The notes: generated by a model from the sequence alone, not told the origin. Positions 1-13,348 are shown, counted from the first letter of the stretch. The stretch is 64,000 bases of DNA from Takakia lepidozioides (GCA_030704615.1 CM060732.1:62868001-62932000), one strand, 5' to 3'. Made by a program: numbers and translations.

Positions 1-50
1 GTTTTCCTTTTTGGATAGTTATTTAATTTTTGCCGTCTGTCTGTTTTCAG

Positions 51-934
51 GTTTCGAAATGACAGTATTGGGTCAATGGTGCTCTGAAACCATGTTGTGC
101 CGACATGGTGATTGTGGACATTCCAGATGGGCTGCCAGTACCGGATATTCTACCCACAGGCACTTGCCCAACATGGAATGCATTTGATGAGAAGTACTGG
201 CGGTGGGTCTTTTCATTTTGCAAATTTTTTTTATCGGATGCAGGGGTTCTTGTAATGATCCAGTCGGTCAATACGAAATGTCGCCGGGAGCTTGCAAACT
301 ACCTCAAGGCCTCGGGGATGAAAATCATCAGAACGTGGAATGGTGTAAACAGCCTGTACTTGACAAAGGGCGACTGTCTCGGACAAATGGTAATCAACTT
401 TCTCTTACTTGCTTCATTTGAAGCTCCATTTCACCCCTGAAGAAATGAGTGCGTCAATGCACTCATTTTCGGAGGTTTCAAGCACTGTTCTTTCCAGATG
501 AATTTTTGTGGATTCACTAATATCTGCTTCATGTTGTCTTGTGTGTAGACCCGCCTTTTTGAGGCCGTCTGCCTCGTCAGAGTGCATCCTGCTTCAACTC
601 CCACAGCAGTGAAGGAGTTCAGGCTTCATGGGGGAGGTTGTTTCATCAACGATAAGTTCGATCCAGTGGTGGACGACATGCACTACAATTATGTGGATTC
701 CAATGCGTGCTTGCGAAAGTCCAACTCCACACCATGGAGAGGGGCCAAGGAGAAGAGCCCAACATTTATTCAAACAATTGTGTATAGGGCCCACCCCTGA
801 AAGGGGGCAGTAGCTGCAAGATGAAGTGGCTCTTAGTTACATCGGCCTCGGCCGGAGTCTTCTCTCTCTCTCAAACAATTGTGGAGACTTGTTCCCATCC
901 GGGGGCGCGTATCGTGGACCTCACTCTTGGCACA
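51..934 (+). pseudogene. Divergent beta-class amino-methyltransferase-like (N4C/N6A type) gene, partial and disrupted
   Basis: Exon to 389 (ADMVIVDIPDGLPVP...FLSDAGVLVMI), phase-0 GT-AG intron 390-548, exon from 549 (TRLFEAVCLV...PWRGAKEKSPTFIQTIV). Removing the insert and one TSD copy (783-883) restores ETCSHPGARIVDLTLGTG in frame. A DPPY-like motif IV ahead of a DxxxGxG motif I is the beta-class order. In-frame TGA at 60-62. Confidence 0.65.
783..870 (+). mobile_element. Short retroposon insertion with (TC)n tail
   Basis: 88-bp insert ending in a tc repeat, flanked by 13-bp direct repeat tcaaacaattgtg (770-782 and 871-883). Confidence 0.85.
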
Positions 935-1761
935 GGTTTCACCCCGAACCTGCTGCGGTGTTTTCTTCTTGGTGCAAAATTTGTTTATATGTGTCCTAAG
1001 TGTCTGAAGACGTTAATATTGTCGTTGAGAGCTGTGGATCCCCGTAGAGACGGTGGTGGTGGAGTATTTGTGGACATTGGAGCTATTGGTGGAACTCAAC
1101 GATGTCTTCGAAGGTGTGGAGGCCATGCCGGACCTCGACTGCCGACTGTGCAACTAGCTAGCACGAGGACGTTTGCGTGTGCGCGGGCCGTTCTGGATGC
1201 ATAGCTATTCGATGCTGTCGTTGTCATCCACTCGTCTCTCCACCATGAAGTGATCGATAAATAATAGAATATACCTCTTGCAAATATTTGTCAACAAATA
1301 GTTCAAGCAAGAGCTCAGAAGAAAGCACCCTCCGTAGCTTTGCCCACCCATCTCAATAGTAAGACACACCCAAGCCCAAGCCCAACGAGGATGTCAACTG
1401 AAATGGTCTCCAAAAGATATTTGGGGGAACTTAGGGCACGACATTGTTATAAATATGTTCCCAACGACGGGAACGCCTGCTAGCCGAAAAACATTGTGGA
1501 CGCTGCCCACTTGCTCAGCCGAGCGAGAAAGAGATCCTGGGAGCTCTCAGAGTCTCCGACTCTTGTCTCCTTTCCCCCGTGTGTGACAGCTTGCTTCCGA
1601 CTCCCGGTCTTGTGTTTGGCAGTCTTTCCCGATTTCTTTTCTTTTCTGTTGTTCTTTTGGAAACTTGTGGCATATGCTTTTGGCTCGCGTTCTTAAGAAG
1701 GTAAGTTCCTTCCCGACTACAAACTTCTCCCTGTCGCTGTCTCTAAGGTTTGTGTTTCTCA

Positions 1762-2658
1762 ATGACGTTGGGGGATGCAAACAAGCCCCGCTCCCGAAGG
1801 AAAATGAGGTACTGGTTGGAGCAGATGGAAGCAGACAATCCATCCTTTGCGGAGAAAATTGCTTTGCTGTGTCAAAAGGGTCTGACTATTGAATGCAAGA
1901 GAAAATTATCGAATGAAGAAGAAATGGCATACTATGATGAACTTCGACAACAGCTGAAGGAGAAAATGAGAGACGATGCTCAGCACCACAAGCGTCTCCT
2001 TCGATCTTTGAAAACCGAATTTCATTATTTGAAGTGGAGCAGACCGGATTTTGAATTGTATCTGACAGCAGGAACTTGTAGATGGCGAGCAGCTTTCGAC
2101 ATTCTTGACATGGTGCATTCACGGTTATCAGGGTTTGTGAGAGATTTCTTTCATGCGAAGCAATCGGCTATGGTGACGGAGGACCAGAAGAAGGATTATT
2201 ACAATCTTTTTGTTCAGAAATGCAATGGTCCTTTCAAAGGAGGAGCACCAGGACGGTGGACCTACTTTAGATTGGCAGCCTTCATCTCCAGTGATCCAAA
2301 CAAGTTCGTGCAGGTTGAGCATTCAGAGTGTGCAGATATGGCAGATAGAGAGCTGCAATATTTGGCTGCGAGGAAAGGCTATGATGTTGATACCATGGGC
2401 GACATCAGGATGCAGATTGTGGCAGCTTTTTCTGGCCCTTTCCCTCTCAGGAATCTGGATTCTTCCTCCAGCATACTCATGTTGCAAAATCTGGACCTCA
2501 GGGCCAAGGTCCTGGAGGATGTGCAAAACATGGCAGACTACAGTGATTTCAGAGTAGCCTCAGGGCTCATCAAACTTGAATGTTATTTGCAGTTACGATT
2601 GTGTCACAGACAAAAATACAAACATAGACATGAGACTGAGCCTCCATCTCCCAAATGA
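1762..2658 (+). CDS. Hypothetical protein of about 298 aa, no recognised domain
   Basis: Long single ORF with protein-like composition; possible 5'UTR intron (gtaagt at 1701). Confidence 0.5.
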   Translation: MTLGDANKPRSRRKMRYWLEQMEADNPSFAEKIALLCQKGLTIECKRKLSNEEEMAYYDELRQQLKEKMRDDAQHHKRLLRSLKTEFHYLKWSRPDFELYLTAGTCRWRAAFDILDMVHSRLSGFVRDFFHAKQSAMVTEDQKKDYYNLFVQKCNGPFKGGAPGRWTYFRLAAFISSDPNKFVQVEHSECADMADRELQYLAARKGYDVDTMGDIRMQIVAAFSGPFPLRNLDSSSSILMLQNLDLRAKVLEDVQNMADYSDFRVASGLIKLECYLQLRLCHRQKYKHRHETEPPSPK

Positions 2659-3369
2659 AATATTGAAAAAAAACTTGTTAGCTCTTTGGTCTCTCTGCAC
2701 ATGGTTTCTACTGTCTCCTCACTTCGTATTACTGATGGAGGATTCAGAAATGCTTGATCTCCACATGGCCACTCCTCCCTTCGATAATCTCTCACTCCCT
2801 GCCAAGAAAAGGCTGAGAGATAGCACCAAGGCTAATGTGTGTATTAGAAACTTCACCTGTATTAAAAGGAAGAGCAATCTCTTGGAAGATGACGAATCTT
2901 CCTCCTAGACATCCCACAGCTTTCCCGAAGGATTCCTATTCACTGACGAGACTGCTGAGCTATATAAACTCCAATTCCATGACTTGTGGACACTAACTGC
3001 ATGCATCATCAGTTCACAGTTTCAGGATACTAAGCTTGCAGGTAAAACGCCAGGAATAGTGTAGTAGTGTCTCATTGTCAGGGAAAACAAAATTATACTT
3101 ACAGTCAAGTGTAAATTTTGTCATCACCGGAACGCATACAAAATTGTGAACAATATCTCTGAGCAGTGTTGCAGGCTATTGAGTGACACAACCTGCAAGT
3201 AAAGACTGAGAGATGTGTCTCTCTGGCACCATGCATTACTGGCCCATGGGAAGATTATTGGGTTTCAAGCCTATTATTGCCTTCTACTAGGCAGCTGGAT
3301 TCTCATATGATGAAAGTGGGACTGCATTCAAGACCTGGAGCCTTTGGTGTACACTCTTTTGCATCTTGT

Positions 3370-3437
3370 TTCCCGCTCAAACTGGGCGCGGGGTCAATGG
3401 CCACAAGGCTACGGCAAACAACGTCTTATGAGTACAA
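3370..3437 (+). mobile_element. Extremely 5'-truncated LINE 3' end (family A)
   Basis: Core atggccacaaggctacggcaaacaacgtcttatgagtaca; 15-bp TSD tcttttgcatcttgt (3355-3369 and 3438-3452). Confidence 0.85.
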
Positions 3438-3512
3438 TCTTTTGCATCTTGTGACTGCTCTGCCGTCCTTGTGTGTAGAAGAGGCATTTCCTTCCATGGA
3501 AATAATTTTTTT

Positions 3513-6239
3513 TCACCAATAATCCCCACAAGAACAAACCCCATCTTGGAAGTGATGAAAGCGGTTGGCATCCCGTACAATAACTGCTCGACCAACAATC
3601 TTTGAGATGAATTTGGTCGCCGTGTGGCAGTCACCACATACCCGAAGATTCTTTATGATGCGGATAGGTGTCCCGGGGTGAGTCCTAAATAGCCCAAACG
3701 CAATAGCCAGCTTCTCGCTGTGGTAGCTAAGGGAAATTTCCTTCTGCTCCTCCTCCACATCATGTAACACAAATCGTGTGTCAGGCACATACCCAGCCTC
3801 CTTCATCAGCCCAGCCAATCTGTTGAGCTCAGCATGTATTTGCTCAATTTGTGGATGCATTGTGTCATCTACAACAAACGTGTGCACCTGGTTGTCCACC
3901 TCAATGCAGCTGCACCCTGGCTCCTTCATGACACCTCTGTCCTCCATCATTTTCCTCACCTTTGCTTTGTGGTCCCACCTGCCAGCTGCTGCATAGATGT
4001 TTGATAGCAGCACATAAGCTCCGACGTCCTGTGGATCACTGTTGAGGACATTTTTTGCTGCACGTTCTGCTACCTTCACATTGCCATGAACTCTGCAAGC
4101 ACCAAGCAAGGCCCTCCACACCCCGGCGTCTGGTTCGACTGGCATTTGAATAATGAGGTTCTCTGCCTCATCCAATTGCCCTGCACGCCCAAGAAGATCC
4201 ACCATGCAGCCAAAATGCTCCACTGTAGGACTGACGCCATGATCTTGACTCATGGAATTGAAATAGTGACAGCCCTCATCCACTAGCCCCGCATGGCTAC
4301 ATGCAGAGAGAAGACATGTAAAGGTGATGCCATCTGGCTTCAAGCCTTCTTGCTGCATTTCTTTAAATAGTTGAAGGGCTTCCCTGCCACAGCCATTCTG
4401 GGCATATCCTGCGATTATCACACTCCAAGAGACCACATTTCGTTGTACCATACTGTCAAATACTTGGTGTGCATCCTTCATACTGCCACACTTTGCATAC
4501 ATGTCAGCCAGAGCTGTCTCCAAGTTAATATACGGCACAACTCCAGCTTTCCTGATGTCAGCATGGACCATTTTGCCTTTCTCTAGGGCCCCTACACTAG
4601 CACACGCAGTGAGAACAGAAATGAAAGTGACCGTGTCTGGTGTCAAACCTTCCCATGGCATTTGCTCATACATCTCGAAAGCCTCTTTACCACACATGTG
4701 CCAAGCATATCCTGCGATCATGGCATTCCATGAGACTACATCCCTTTGAGACATATTGTCGAACACTTGACGTGCCTCCTTCATACTCCCACATTTGGCA
4801 TACATGTTGATAAGGGTATTGTCTAGATTAATGTAAGACGCAATTCCAGCTTTCATGATGTCAACATGAACCTCCTTGCCCTTTTCCAGAGCTCCTAGGC
4901 TCGCACATGCATTAAGAACACAAATAAACATGACCCTGTCAGGCTTCACTCCTTTCTGTTGCATTTGCTCATACATCTCTAGAGACTCTCTACCGCATCC
5001 ATGCCGGGCATATCCGGCAATCATTGCACTCCATGAGACCACATTTTGTTTCACCATACCATTGAATACTTGACACGCATCCTTCATGCTCCCACATTTT
5101 GCATACATGTCAACAAGGGTATTCTCTAGAATTATATCTGGCACAATTCCACTTTTCCTTATGTCAGCATGGACCTGCTGGGCCTTTTCCAGAGCTCCTA
5201 CGCTGGCACAGGCATTTAGAACACAAGTGAACGTGACCCGGTCAGGTGTCACCCCTTCCTGTTGCATTTGATCATAGATCTCCAACGCCTCCCTACCATA
5301 CCCATTCTTGGCATATCCTGCTATCATTATAGTCCATGAAAACATATCTCTTTCACCCATTTTGTCAAACAGTTGGCGTGCATCTTCCACGCTCCCACAC
5401 TTGGCATACATGTTGATAAGGCTAGTCAGTAGAAAGATGTTTGGCTTGAATCTACTTTGGATAATGTGGGCATGCACCTGCTGTCCTTCTGCTAGGCTGT
5501 TCATCTTGATGCACTCCTGCAAGAGACAGACATAAGTACTGGAGTCTGGCCGGATGCCCTGTTTGTTCAAAGTGTGCAGGACCTCTTTCAGTTGTCCTGC
5601 CTTACATAGTTTCCTCACATACTCACAAAGGCCAGAAGAATTCTTGTTCACTCCATCTGTCGGTCCCATTTTAAAAGCAGTTGTGATGGTGGAGGTGCTA
5701 GCCCTGCTGACAGTTTGCTGTCCGAGATTCAACCCTGTCATCCTGTAGTCACAAAGATTCTTAGAAAGGGCACCTTTGCACTTGAACACATAGTATGTTA
5801 TGGATAGGATAGACAATAAAGAGAATTTTCTTGCTACATATTAGCAGGGTTATAGATCCAATGCAGTCATATACATTGTACAGATTCTATCTATTCGAGA
5901 TGGCTCTGACAAATCATCATCAAATAAATACCTGTTGTGGTCTTGGCCTAGAGCTCCATGGTCTTCATCCATATTAGAACTATCACCAAATTGAGCTCGA
6001 CCCCGTGTATCAGCAGATGCCTCTGCTTTCACCCAAGGAGGGTCCAACCACCTCTGAATCCGAAGGAACTCCTTGGTGTGCTTGTGTATGAAGTCTGGTG
6101 ATCTTGGACTTGTCTGGGAAAATATAAGTACACAGATGAGCTGCCAAAGCCTCGCCCACAGCCACAGCCTCACATAGACCCAGCCACAACCACCAACACT
6201 CCAAGCATCTTTCCAATCCAGGGACCAAACCTTGAACAA
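3513..6239 (-). CDS. PLS-class PPR protein with E1/E2/DYW domain (organellar C-to-U editing factor), intact
   Basis: PLS triplets (LVDMYAKCGS, VVSWNAMIAGY, PDRVTF), E domains, PG box KEPGCSCIEV, HSEKLA, CGDCH, terminal DYW. A phase-2 intron 5931-5743 joins an upstream exon (PWVKAE...QDHNR) in frame to MTGLNL. True start codon uncertain. Confidence 0.95.
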
Positions 6240-6689
6240 CTTAATTTGATGTTATTGGAAAAGTGCAGATATTTACACAATGAATATCAGAACTACTGTG
6301 TTTCTAAGGAGCTGGAGGCACAATCTAGTCTACCATCATAACTGTTTCAGCCACAAGCCCTTGACCAACTCTTTCTTAAATAGGAGTCTCAAACCTGTTG
6401 TTCCAGCACTGCGGACCATCTGAAAAGCACTCCCACAGCGGTTCTATGCTCATTGCTTGGCCTGCATGTAAACACAACTACTATAGTGTTCATTAGCACC
6501 TCCTAGTAGCCTGAGATTAGCTGAGGAATGGTAGCATAGCCTTCTACCATCTACCTTATATATATTTCTCTCTCTCTCTCTAACTTGTTTCCAGTCTGTG
6601 ACAGGGTAAGGACCTTAACGATGATCTGAAGGGCCTGCCTACCCTCAGCACTAGCTGAAATTTTAACTCGGGGCAGGGAGCCTACCTTT

Positions 6690-7140
6690 GAACAATAAAC
6701 AGATGCAGAGAGGAAAAGGAGATTGTAATTGCTCATTGTGCGGGCAACCTGAAGAAAATATCCATTTTCTGATACATTTTCCGGGTGATTCTCACCAGAC
6801 TGTGACCCTCTTCAGGAACATCAAGAACATGGTTCCTGCACCTCTGTTCATTTTCAAAATCTCTAAGGCTGTGCCTACAGCCCTGGCCCTATTGGGTCTA
6901 ACTTTTGGGCTGCTCACACAGCAGATTGATGCTTGTGTGAAGGGCTTTCGAGAGGATATCTGGAAAGCCCAAACTCATTGTTTAAACCAAGGTTAACTCA
7001 CACTACTGGAGTGAGCCCCGCACAAAGATAGTACCCATTCCCTATGTTTCCGTCCAAACTGGCGCAGGGCCTATGGCCACAAGGCTACGGCAAACAAAGT
7101 CGTTGAGTACATCCCTCTCTCTCACTCCCTCTCACTCTCC
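6690..7140 (+). mobile_element. Degenerate LINE ORF2 C-terminus plus 3'UTR (longer copy of family A)
   Basis: CSLCGQPEENIHFLIH resembles the C-terminal zinc finger of LINE ORF2; it is followed by the family A tail and a ct-rich end at 7050-7140. Confidence 0.6.
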
Positions 7141-8406
7141 ATCCATCATGTGCCTGTCAAGTGCATTCCACGAATTTCTTTCCTATTCTTCCCCTTGCTA
7201 TTTTTCAAGCAGAGTACAACTGTTAGTAAATTCACTGCCATGAGTGTGATGTCTGTATCAAATTGGGGGCTAGAGTCCCTATGAGACTCTCTGTAACGAT
7301 CTTCTCGTTGGGCAGGCATGCACTGCAGCGTAATTAGGCTGAGTTCCAAAAGAGAGAGTTGATATAGAATGGAGCTATCCCCTCAACGGCTAATGAGTGG
7401 AAGTGATCTTCTCCTGCCCTCTCGGCGTGACTGGCAATTGTTGTTATGGACCTCATCAATGTGTGATATCTATGGTACTAGCCCCTCATTAAGGTGTAAC
7501 TTGAATGCTAGCACTGGCAGCCGAACTTCAGTGGGCTATGCCCCATCCCTGTCATAGATCTCATGTAAGAAAAAATGCTGGTGGAATTTCTGCCAAAACA
7601 GGGTATCCAACAGGGCAATGGCCATGCAACTAAAATTCCCTCTCACACGCAAAACTTTCAGACATTTCAAGAGACAATCGAGCTGAAGGACATGTTGTCA
7701 ACACTCAGCTGCCCTTTTTTATGCCTCTTCTATGCTACGAGCTTTCCGAAAAAATGGGGTATACTTTCTGCTCGTATGGTTCAAGGAGAATATGGGACCC
7801 GGACCGCTCCGACCTTTTTAGCTTACAATTTAGGGACCCAAGAAGAGCCACATGTTCGTACCTTTCATCGCTTCCCCCGGCGCTTGGGGCCATGTTCTCA
7901 GGCCCCGCATTCCCAAGCTGGACTCCCAGTTCAGCTCCACCACCGGACCTGTTAATCTGCTGAGGTCGAGTCCCACCCGTTCACCGCAAGGACAAAATAG
8001 GGCTTTGGGCATTGCCTCTCCAAACGAGCGCAGGACGGCACCAGAGCACGCTGCCATCAGAGAAGAGGAACACGAGAAGAAGAACACCAACGAGTTCTTA
8101 CCTCCGCAGAAAAAATCCCTGAGACGTTGAGACTTGAGACGAGAGAGACGAGACTACTTATGCAAGAAAGAAGGTGCGGTGTGGGCAATCAATATAGGAG
8201 ATACATAGTTACTGAGAATTAATCATTTGGTAATGCAAAACTTTAGTATAGAAAATAAGAATTCAAAAAGACGTTGGTGGTAGGTACAGTCTCGTTCTTC
8301 ACGGCTTGACGACGTACCTACAAGCAAGAATCGATCGGGGGGAGAGAGAGAGAGAGAGAGAGATTTCACCTGGGTCTCGATGATTCCCGTATCTGATAGA
8401 AGGACC

Positions 8407-9029
8407 TCATATCATTTGAAACTGGTGGATCTTTGTAGGAGTGTCTGACTTTTGTTTTGGAAAGAAAAAGTGCTCAATAGCGCCAGTAGACAGCTCTATG
8501 ATTCTGAGTCCCCTTTTTCTCATACTCCAGCGTCTCCATGGAATAATGAGGGTTGTCCAAGTTGTTGCACTGGCGTTGAGATATTTTTCCTCCTTTTCTT
8601 GAAGGAAAGTGAGTGCTGGATTGAATTGTGAGTAGGGAGGTCTGTCATCGGCCATGAAGCTGACACGGTCACCCTTGCTGCTGGCATTGCTGGTGGTCTG
8701 CGTGCTGGCCATCTCCTTCTACGTCGCCTGCCTTTCCACTTTGGGTGCGCTCTCTCACCTGACTTGTTTGAGGAGTAGCTTGAGTGAAGACCATAGTGTG
8801 GCAGTTTGATGATGAACATAACCATTCGAAAGAACCCATGCAGCACGGAGAGCATGAACTCATAACGTGGAATGTACTTTGGAGTTTGCTCTTCGTATAA
8901 TTGCTTAAGCCAAGTGCAAATTGTCTCTACACCATCCAGAAGAAAAGGATATAAGGACGGCTTGGTTGTGATGGCTTCGCGAGACGCAGGGATCATAGCT
9001 TGATTGAGAGGAATTAACTCATCAGCCAA
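8407..9029 (-). mobile_element. Possible retroelement ORF1-like relic
   Basis: Two overlapping frameshifted ORFs with weak similarity to the dispersed repeat B translation. Not securely identified. Confidence 0.25.
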
Positions 9030-9457
9030 GTTGGATTGGAATTTGAGAAAACATGTCCGCGGAGAGTAACAACTACCGATATTTGGTTGTCAGTTTCTCT
9101 TTCTGCTTTAGCTTAATCATCAGGTGCAGATCGTAGACCAGTGCTCGTAGTTTTGACAAACACCGGGTCCAAGAATTTGCAGTGATTAGGACAAAGGGGC
9201 ATTGCTTCTGAGAAGGCAGCCTTCCAGTCTCCGTAATACTCTAACTCAGAACAGCAACGAGTCCCTTCCACAGTGTCAAAGTAAAATGTCTAGGCATATC
9301 CTTTCTTTTGACTAATTATATTTCTGTTTGTATCCCTGGAGAGTTGATCTGGGGATGCATCATATTTAGGACAAGAGCAGGCCTGGTGAACAGCAGCAAA
9401 TTTCTACCTCATTAATCCCTCAAGTTGTAGTTATATGTTGGTTGGCTGCTATTGCAG

Positions 9458-12400
9458 CTGGAGAATGGCTTCGAAAAGTTGAGATATCAAAAAGTGACCG
9501 CACTTTGTTGAGGTTTTTGCAGCAGGGCTTTCAGCAATGTGTGGTGGGTTATCCTTCATTCAGCAGGCCTCATTGACAGATCATGAGCTGTGTTCGAACC
9601 ACACTTGAACATTTTAAATGTTGAGCTAAACGCCTTGTAGGCAGTCAAAATTGAGAACTTCTGCATGGTAACTAGAATGTAACCCAACAAGAAAGTTGTC
9701 AAAGCAGCTTATATAGTTTGGGCAGTGGGCTGCTGAATCATCCTGTTGTCTCCCTGTTACCTGGCAGAATGTTTGCAGTAAATAAACCTAGGATTTGCTA
9801 ATTTGTATCGATGAACATGCAGAGGGAGAAAGGGTTAGGTTTGCGTGCAATAGCCCTCGACGAATGCCGAGTTAGTCTCGAATTCCCAAAGAATACACAG
9901 CAGATCTGGGTATGGTATGTCTCTCCTCATGTGTTCTCCACAATTGAGTTCAGAGTGCACTGGCATAGACACCTAATCACACCTTGTGAATTCTCAAATT
10001 TGTTTTGGATTGAGATATGATTGTCTGCTTATGTAGATTCCAATACTTGTACACTTATCGAGAATCATTTCCATGCTGTCAGAGAGACCCTAAGTCTGGA
10101 CAGCTGGAGGGTTTGACCTACACCTTCAACCTGTGCAAGGTGGCAAGCCTTTGGGAACAGGCAAGTGCCAACTGCTGCTGCATAAAGACTGTAGATGTCA
10201 GAACTTCCGGTTTTTAATCGAGGTTGCGTATCAGATATCCACTCTAGAGAATGTACTCATAAGACGTTGTTTGCCATAGCCTTGTGGCCATCTTGTATCC
10301 ACTCTAGAGAGTGGGAGAGGAAGAAAAGTTCTCAGTCTCAATGCTGTACTAGTGATTGACCGGTCCTTCAAGCCAATTTGAGTAAGATATGTATAATAGT
10401 AGAAGAGTTTTGGATGAGATTTTCTAATCTGAAGGAAGAGTTGTGGTGTATGACAGGTGCGCAACAGTAGCACAATCTTGACAAAGGAGTATATTAATGC
10501 CCTCCCACATGGGTGGCATGATTATGCCTGGAAGCGCATCAATAAAGGCTACCTGCTGTACGCCCCATCTTCCCCTCATTGTCATGTGCATACTATTGCT
10601 TCCCTAAAGTCTCAAAGGCGGTCTTGTGACATTGGCGTATGAAGAGTTTGTGTTCGTGGATAATGTTGTTGTGCTCTGATCCTGCCATACTTGAGTGATG
10701 ATGCCTTTATGATAATTGCAGCAATAAGTGCACCAACACTAGTTTGTGTGAGGAAAAGCTTCGCCTGGTGCTCCCTTCCTCCCCACCTTTCAGGCCCCGC
10801 CAGTTTGGTCACTGTGCAGTTGTGGGCAACTCAGGAGACCTGCTCAGGACTCAGTTTGGGGCAGATATTGACACTTTTGATGCTGTAATCCGTGCCAATG
10901 GTGCACCTGTCCAGGTAGGAAGCGGAACAATCAGTTATGCAGATCCTTTAATCTTAGTCAATTCGAGTTGAAGTTGAAAGTTGTAGAAAGAAGAAGCTTG
11001 CTGACACTCTGCATTTCATTACTTGTAGAATTACACACGATATGTGGGAAAGAAGTGTACATTTAGGTTGCTGAACCGGGGATCAGCCAAGGCACTCGAC
11101 AAAGTTGCAGTTCTTGATGGTAAGATCCCTGCGACTGTAAGTCAAATTCAAATTTGTGGCCTGGCAAGGTTTTGACAGCTTTTTCTCTGATATTTCTTTC
11201 TTTGTGCAGAAACTGGAAAGGAGGTTCTGATTGTGAAGACAACCATCCATGACATTATGAGTACTATGATCCGGGTATTACTTCTGGAACTGTGATGCAT
11301 TGTCATTGCCATGTATTCACCTTACATGGATGCCCTTCTCCTGGTTGTTCTAGTGTTTATTATCTTTTGGTGGTTTTATCATCTCTTGAGAAGCAACTGA
11401 TTATCCCATGGTTACGAATCTGCAGGAAATACCCATTCGGAATCCAGTGTACTTACTGTTGGGCATGCCATTGGGTGCCTCAGCAAAAGGCACAGGTCTT
11501 CAGGCGCTTGAGTTTGCGCTTTCTGTTTGTGAGACAGTGGACATTTTTGGTTTCACTGTTGATCCTGGCTACACTGAGTGGTACGCTTCCCAGGAGATAT
11601 TGACATGATTTCATCTCTTATTGTATGTGAGATGAAGAAGGTAGACATGAAACATCCAAGTTTGGATTGCCTACTTACATTGCTCAATGTCTTCTATGTG
11701 CTTTTCAGGACCCGGTATTTTTCGGAAGCTAGGAAGGGCCACACCCCTTTGCAAGGGAGAGCGTACTACCAAATGATGGAGTGCCTTGGGGTGATTGGCT
11801 TTGCCTCCTTGACTAATAGTAGCTTTTTCTGGTTCCAGCACAAAGCCATAACCATCAAGTCCAGCCCAGAGGCATAGCTCCACAGATAAAACTCTGTTTG
11901 ATTAGTTGCACCTTGGTCATTAGAAGTCAAAGAGGTAGGACCTCCCCATTTTTTGGTTTATACCTCTCTATTTCACCTTCTCTGTCACTCTCTTATAAGA
12001 TTACGTGACCCATGTAAGACACCCTTCAGCAATGCTGAGAGCCCACATTCTGCTATCTTTCATCCCCCCTGCCCTATATCCCCTCTTTCTGTTCAGGAAG
12101 GGGGACAATGCCATAAGGCTGCTGTAAGCACAATCTTGGTCAAGTTCACACAGGTGAAGATTTTCAGCCCTGTCCCAGCATGTGATACATTCAGACAGGG
12201 GGTGCGTTTCTACAAGGCTGCTGTCGGTATTTTTGGTCACAGTTGACACAGGCTGAAATTTTTTCAGCCCTGTCCTGACATGTGAGTATGTATCCATCTC
12301 AGCGAAGCCCTTAGACGAGATGGACTGTCAATTCTATGTTTTGGATAATATCTCATTCAATTCAGCAGGAGATAACATGGGAGACATTTTGGGTCTTCCA

Positions 12401-13035
12401 TTTTGGTAAGTGTTGTTGGCCGGACAAGTCATGCATTCCATGTGTTGATGATGGATGCAGCTAATTACTATCCATTCCCCCAAGAGGGCGATTAGCAGTC
12501 ACGTGGTGCAAATGGGACCAAGCAGGAGTGTCCTTGAGGCTGCAAGGCGACAAGTGCACAGATATGGACAGTGAGTCATACAGGGTCTTGTGTTGCCCTT
12601 TGTTACCTTCCATAACTTGCCATGAGATTGTTTTTGTGAATTGTGGAGATGGTTGTTGCATATGGCATACACATATTTGCACTTGCTATCATTCTCACTG
12701 CAATGATTTTGAGTTCTGAAGCTCACAGGGGTCACCTACGGTGGTGAAAGAAGCAATTCGCCAATGGTGTCTGAGGCAGGTGAAAAAATAGTGAAGCATT
12801 GCTGCTTGGAGGCTGGAGCTTTTTCCGTACTTACTGCTGTTGGCTGGTGATTGTTGATGGATGCAGAGTAACAATGAGCACAGACAATCCTTTGAGATTG
12901 TGCACAGTTTGGGCAAACAGGATGCCTAGCAAAGTGCAGCAGCTATCTCACATGGGAAAATCTGCCCAAACTGCTGTCACGCAGTATCCATTGGACCATA
13001 CATCAGATGAGATGCTGTGTGTACAGCTACAGTAA
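9458..13035 (+). CDS. SIA2: Sialyltransferase-like glycosyltransferase (GT29), similar to Arabidopsis SIA2; first (TM) exon not located
   Basis: Exons 9458-9543, 9823-9909, 10083-10160, 10457-10557, 10722-10914, 11029-11119, 11210-11274, 11426-11580, 11709-11790, 12461-12570, 12867-13035. Motifs [57 protein letters not shown]. Confidence 0.9.
10251..10295 (-). mobile_element. Family A LINE tail in a SIA2 intron
   Basis: Reverse complement of the family A core; 15-bp TSD tatccactctagaga (10236-10250 and 10296-10310). Confidence 0.85.
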
Positions 13036-13348
13036 CTTAATTGGTGTTTGTTAAGTACCTGTAGCTTGCTAGTGGCAGGTGGAGGGATCGGTCGCATCTT
13101 CTGATGATACTGTTACGTTGGTATTGCATTTGTACAATGCATTACCACATTTGGGATTTGCTGCCACGGTAGCTACGACTTGATAGTAGACGAGCAAGTA
13201 GACATAGAGCTTGACTGCGGGCTAATATGAAAGATCAAGCGGTGGATCAAATGTGACACCGAGTGCCCGTGAGGAACACTTATTGTAGGGTTGTCTCCTT
13301 GGAGCTCTTGGCAATGCCCAATCAAGATGACGACTAGCAAATCATAGA

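Noticed and set aside
12110-12290. About 100-bp degenerate tandem duplication in a SIA2 intron (similar 22-bp duplication at 27941-28000)
   Set aside because: Ordinary local duplications with no further structure.
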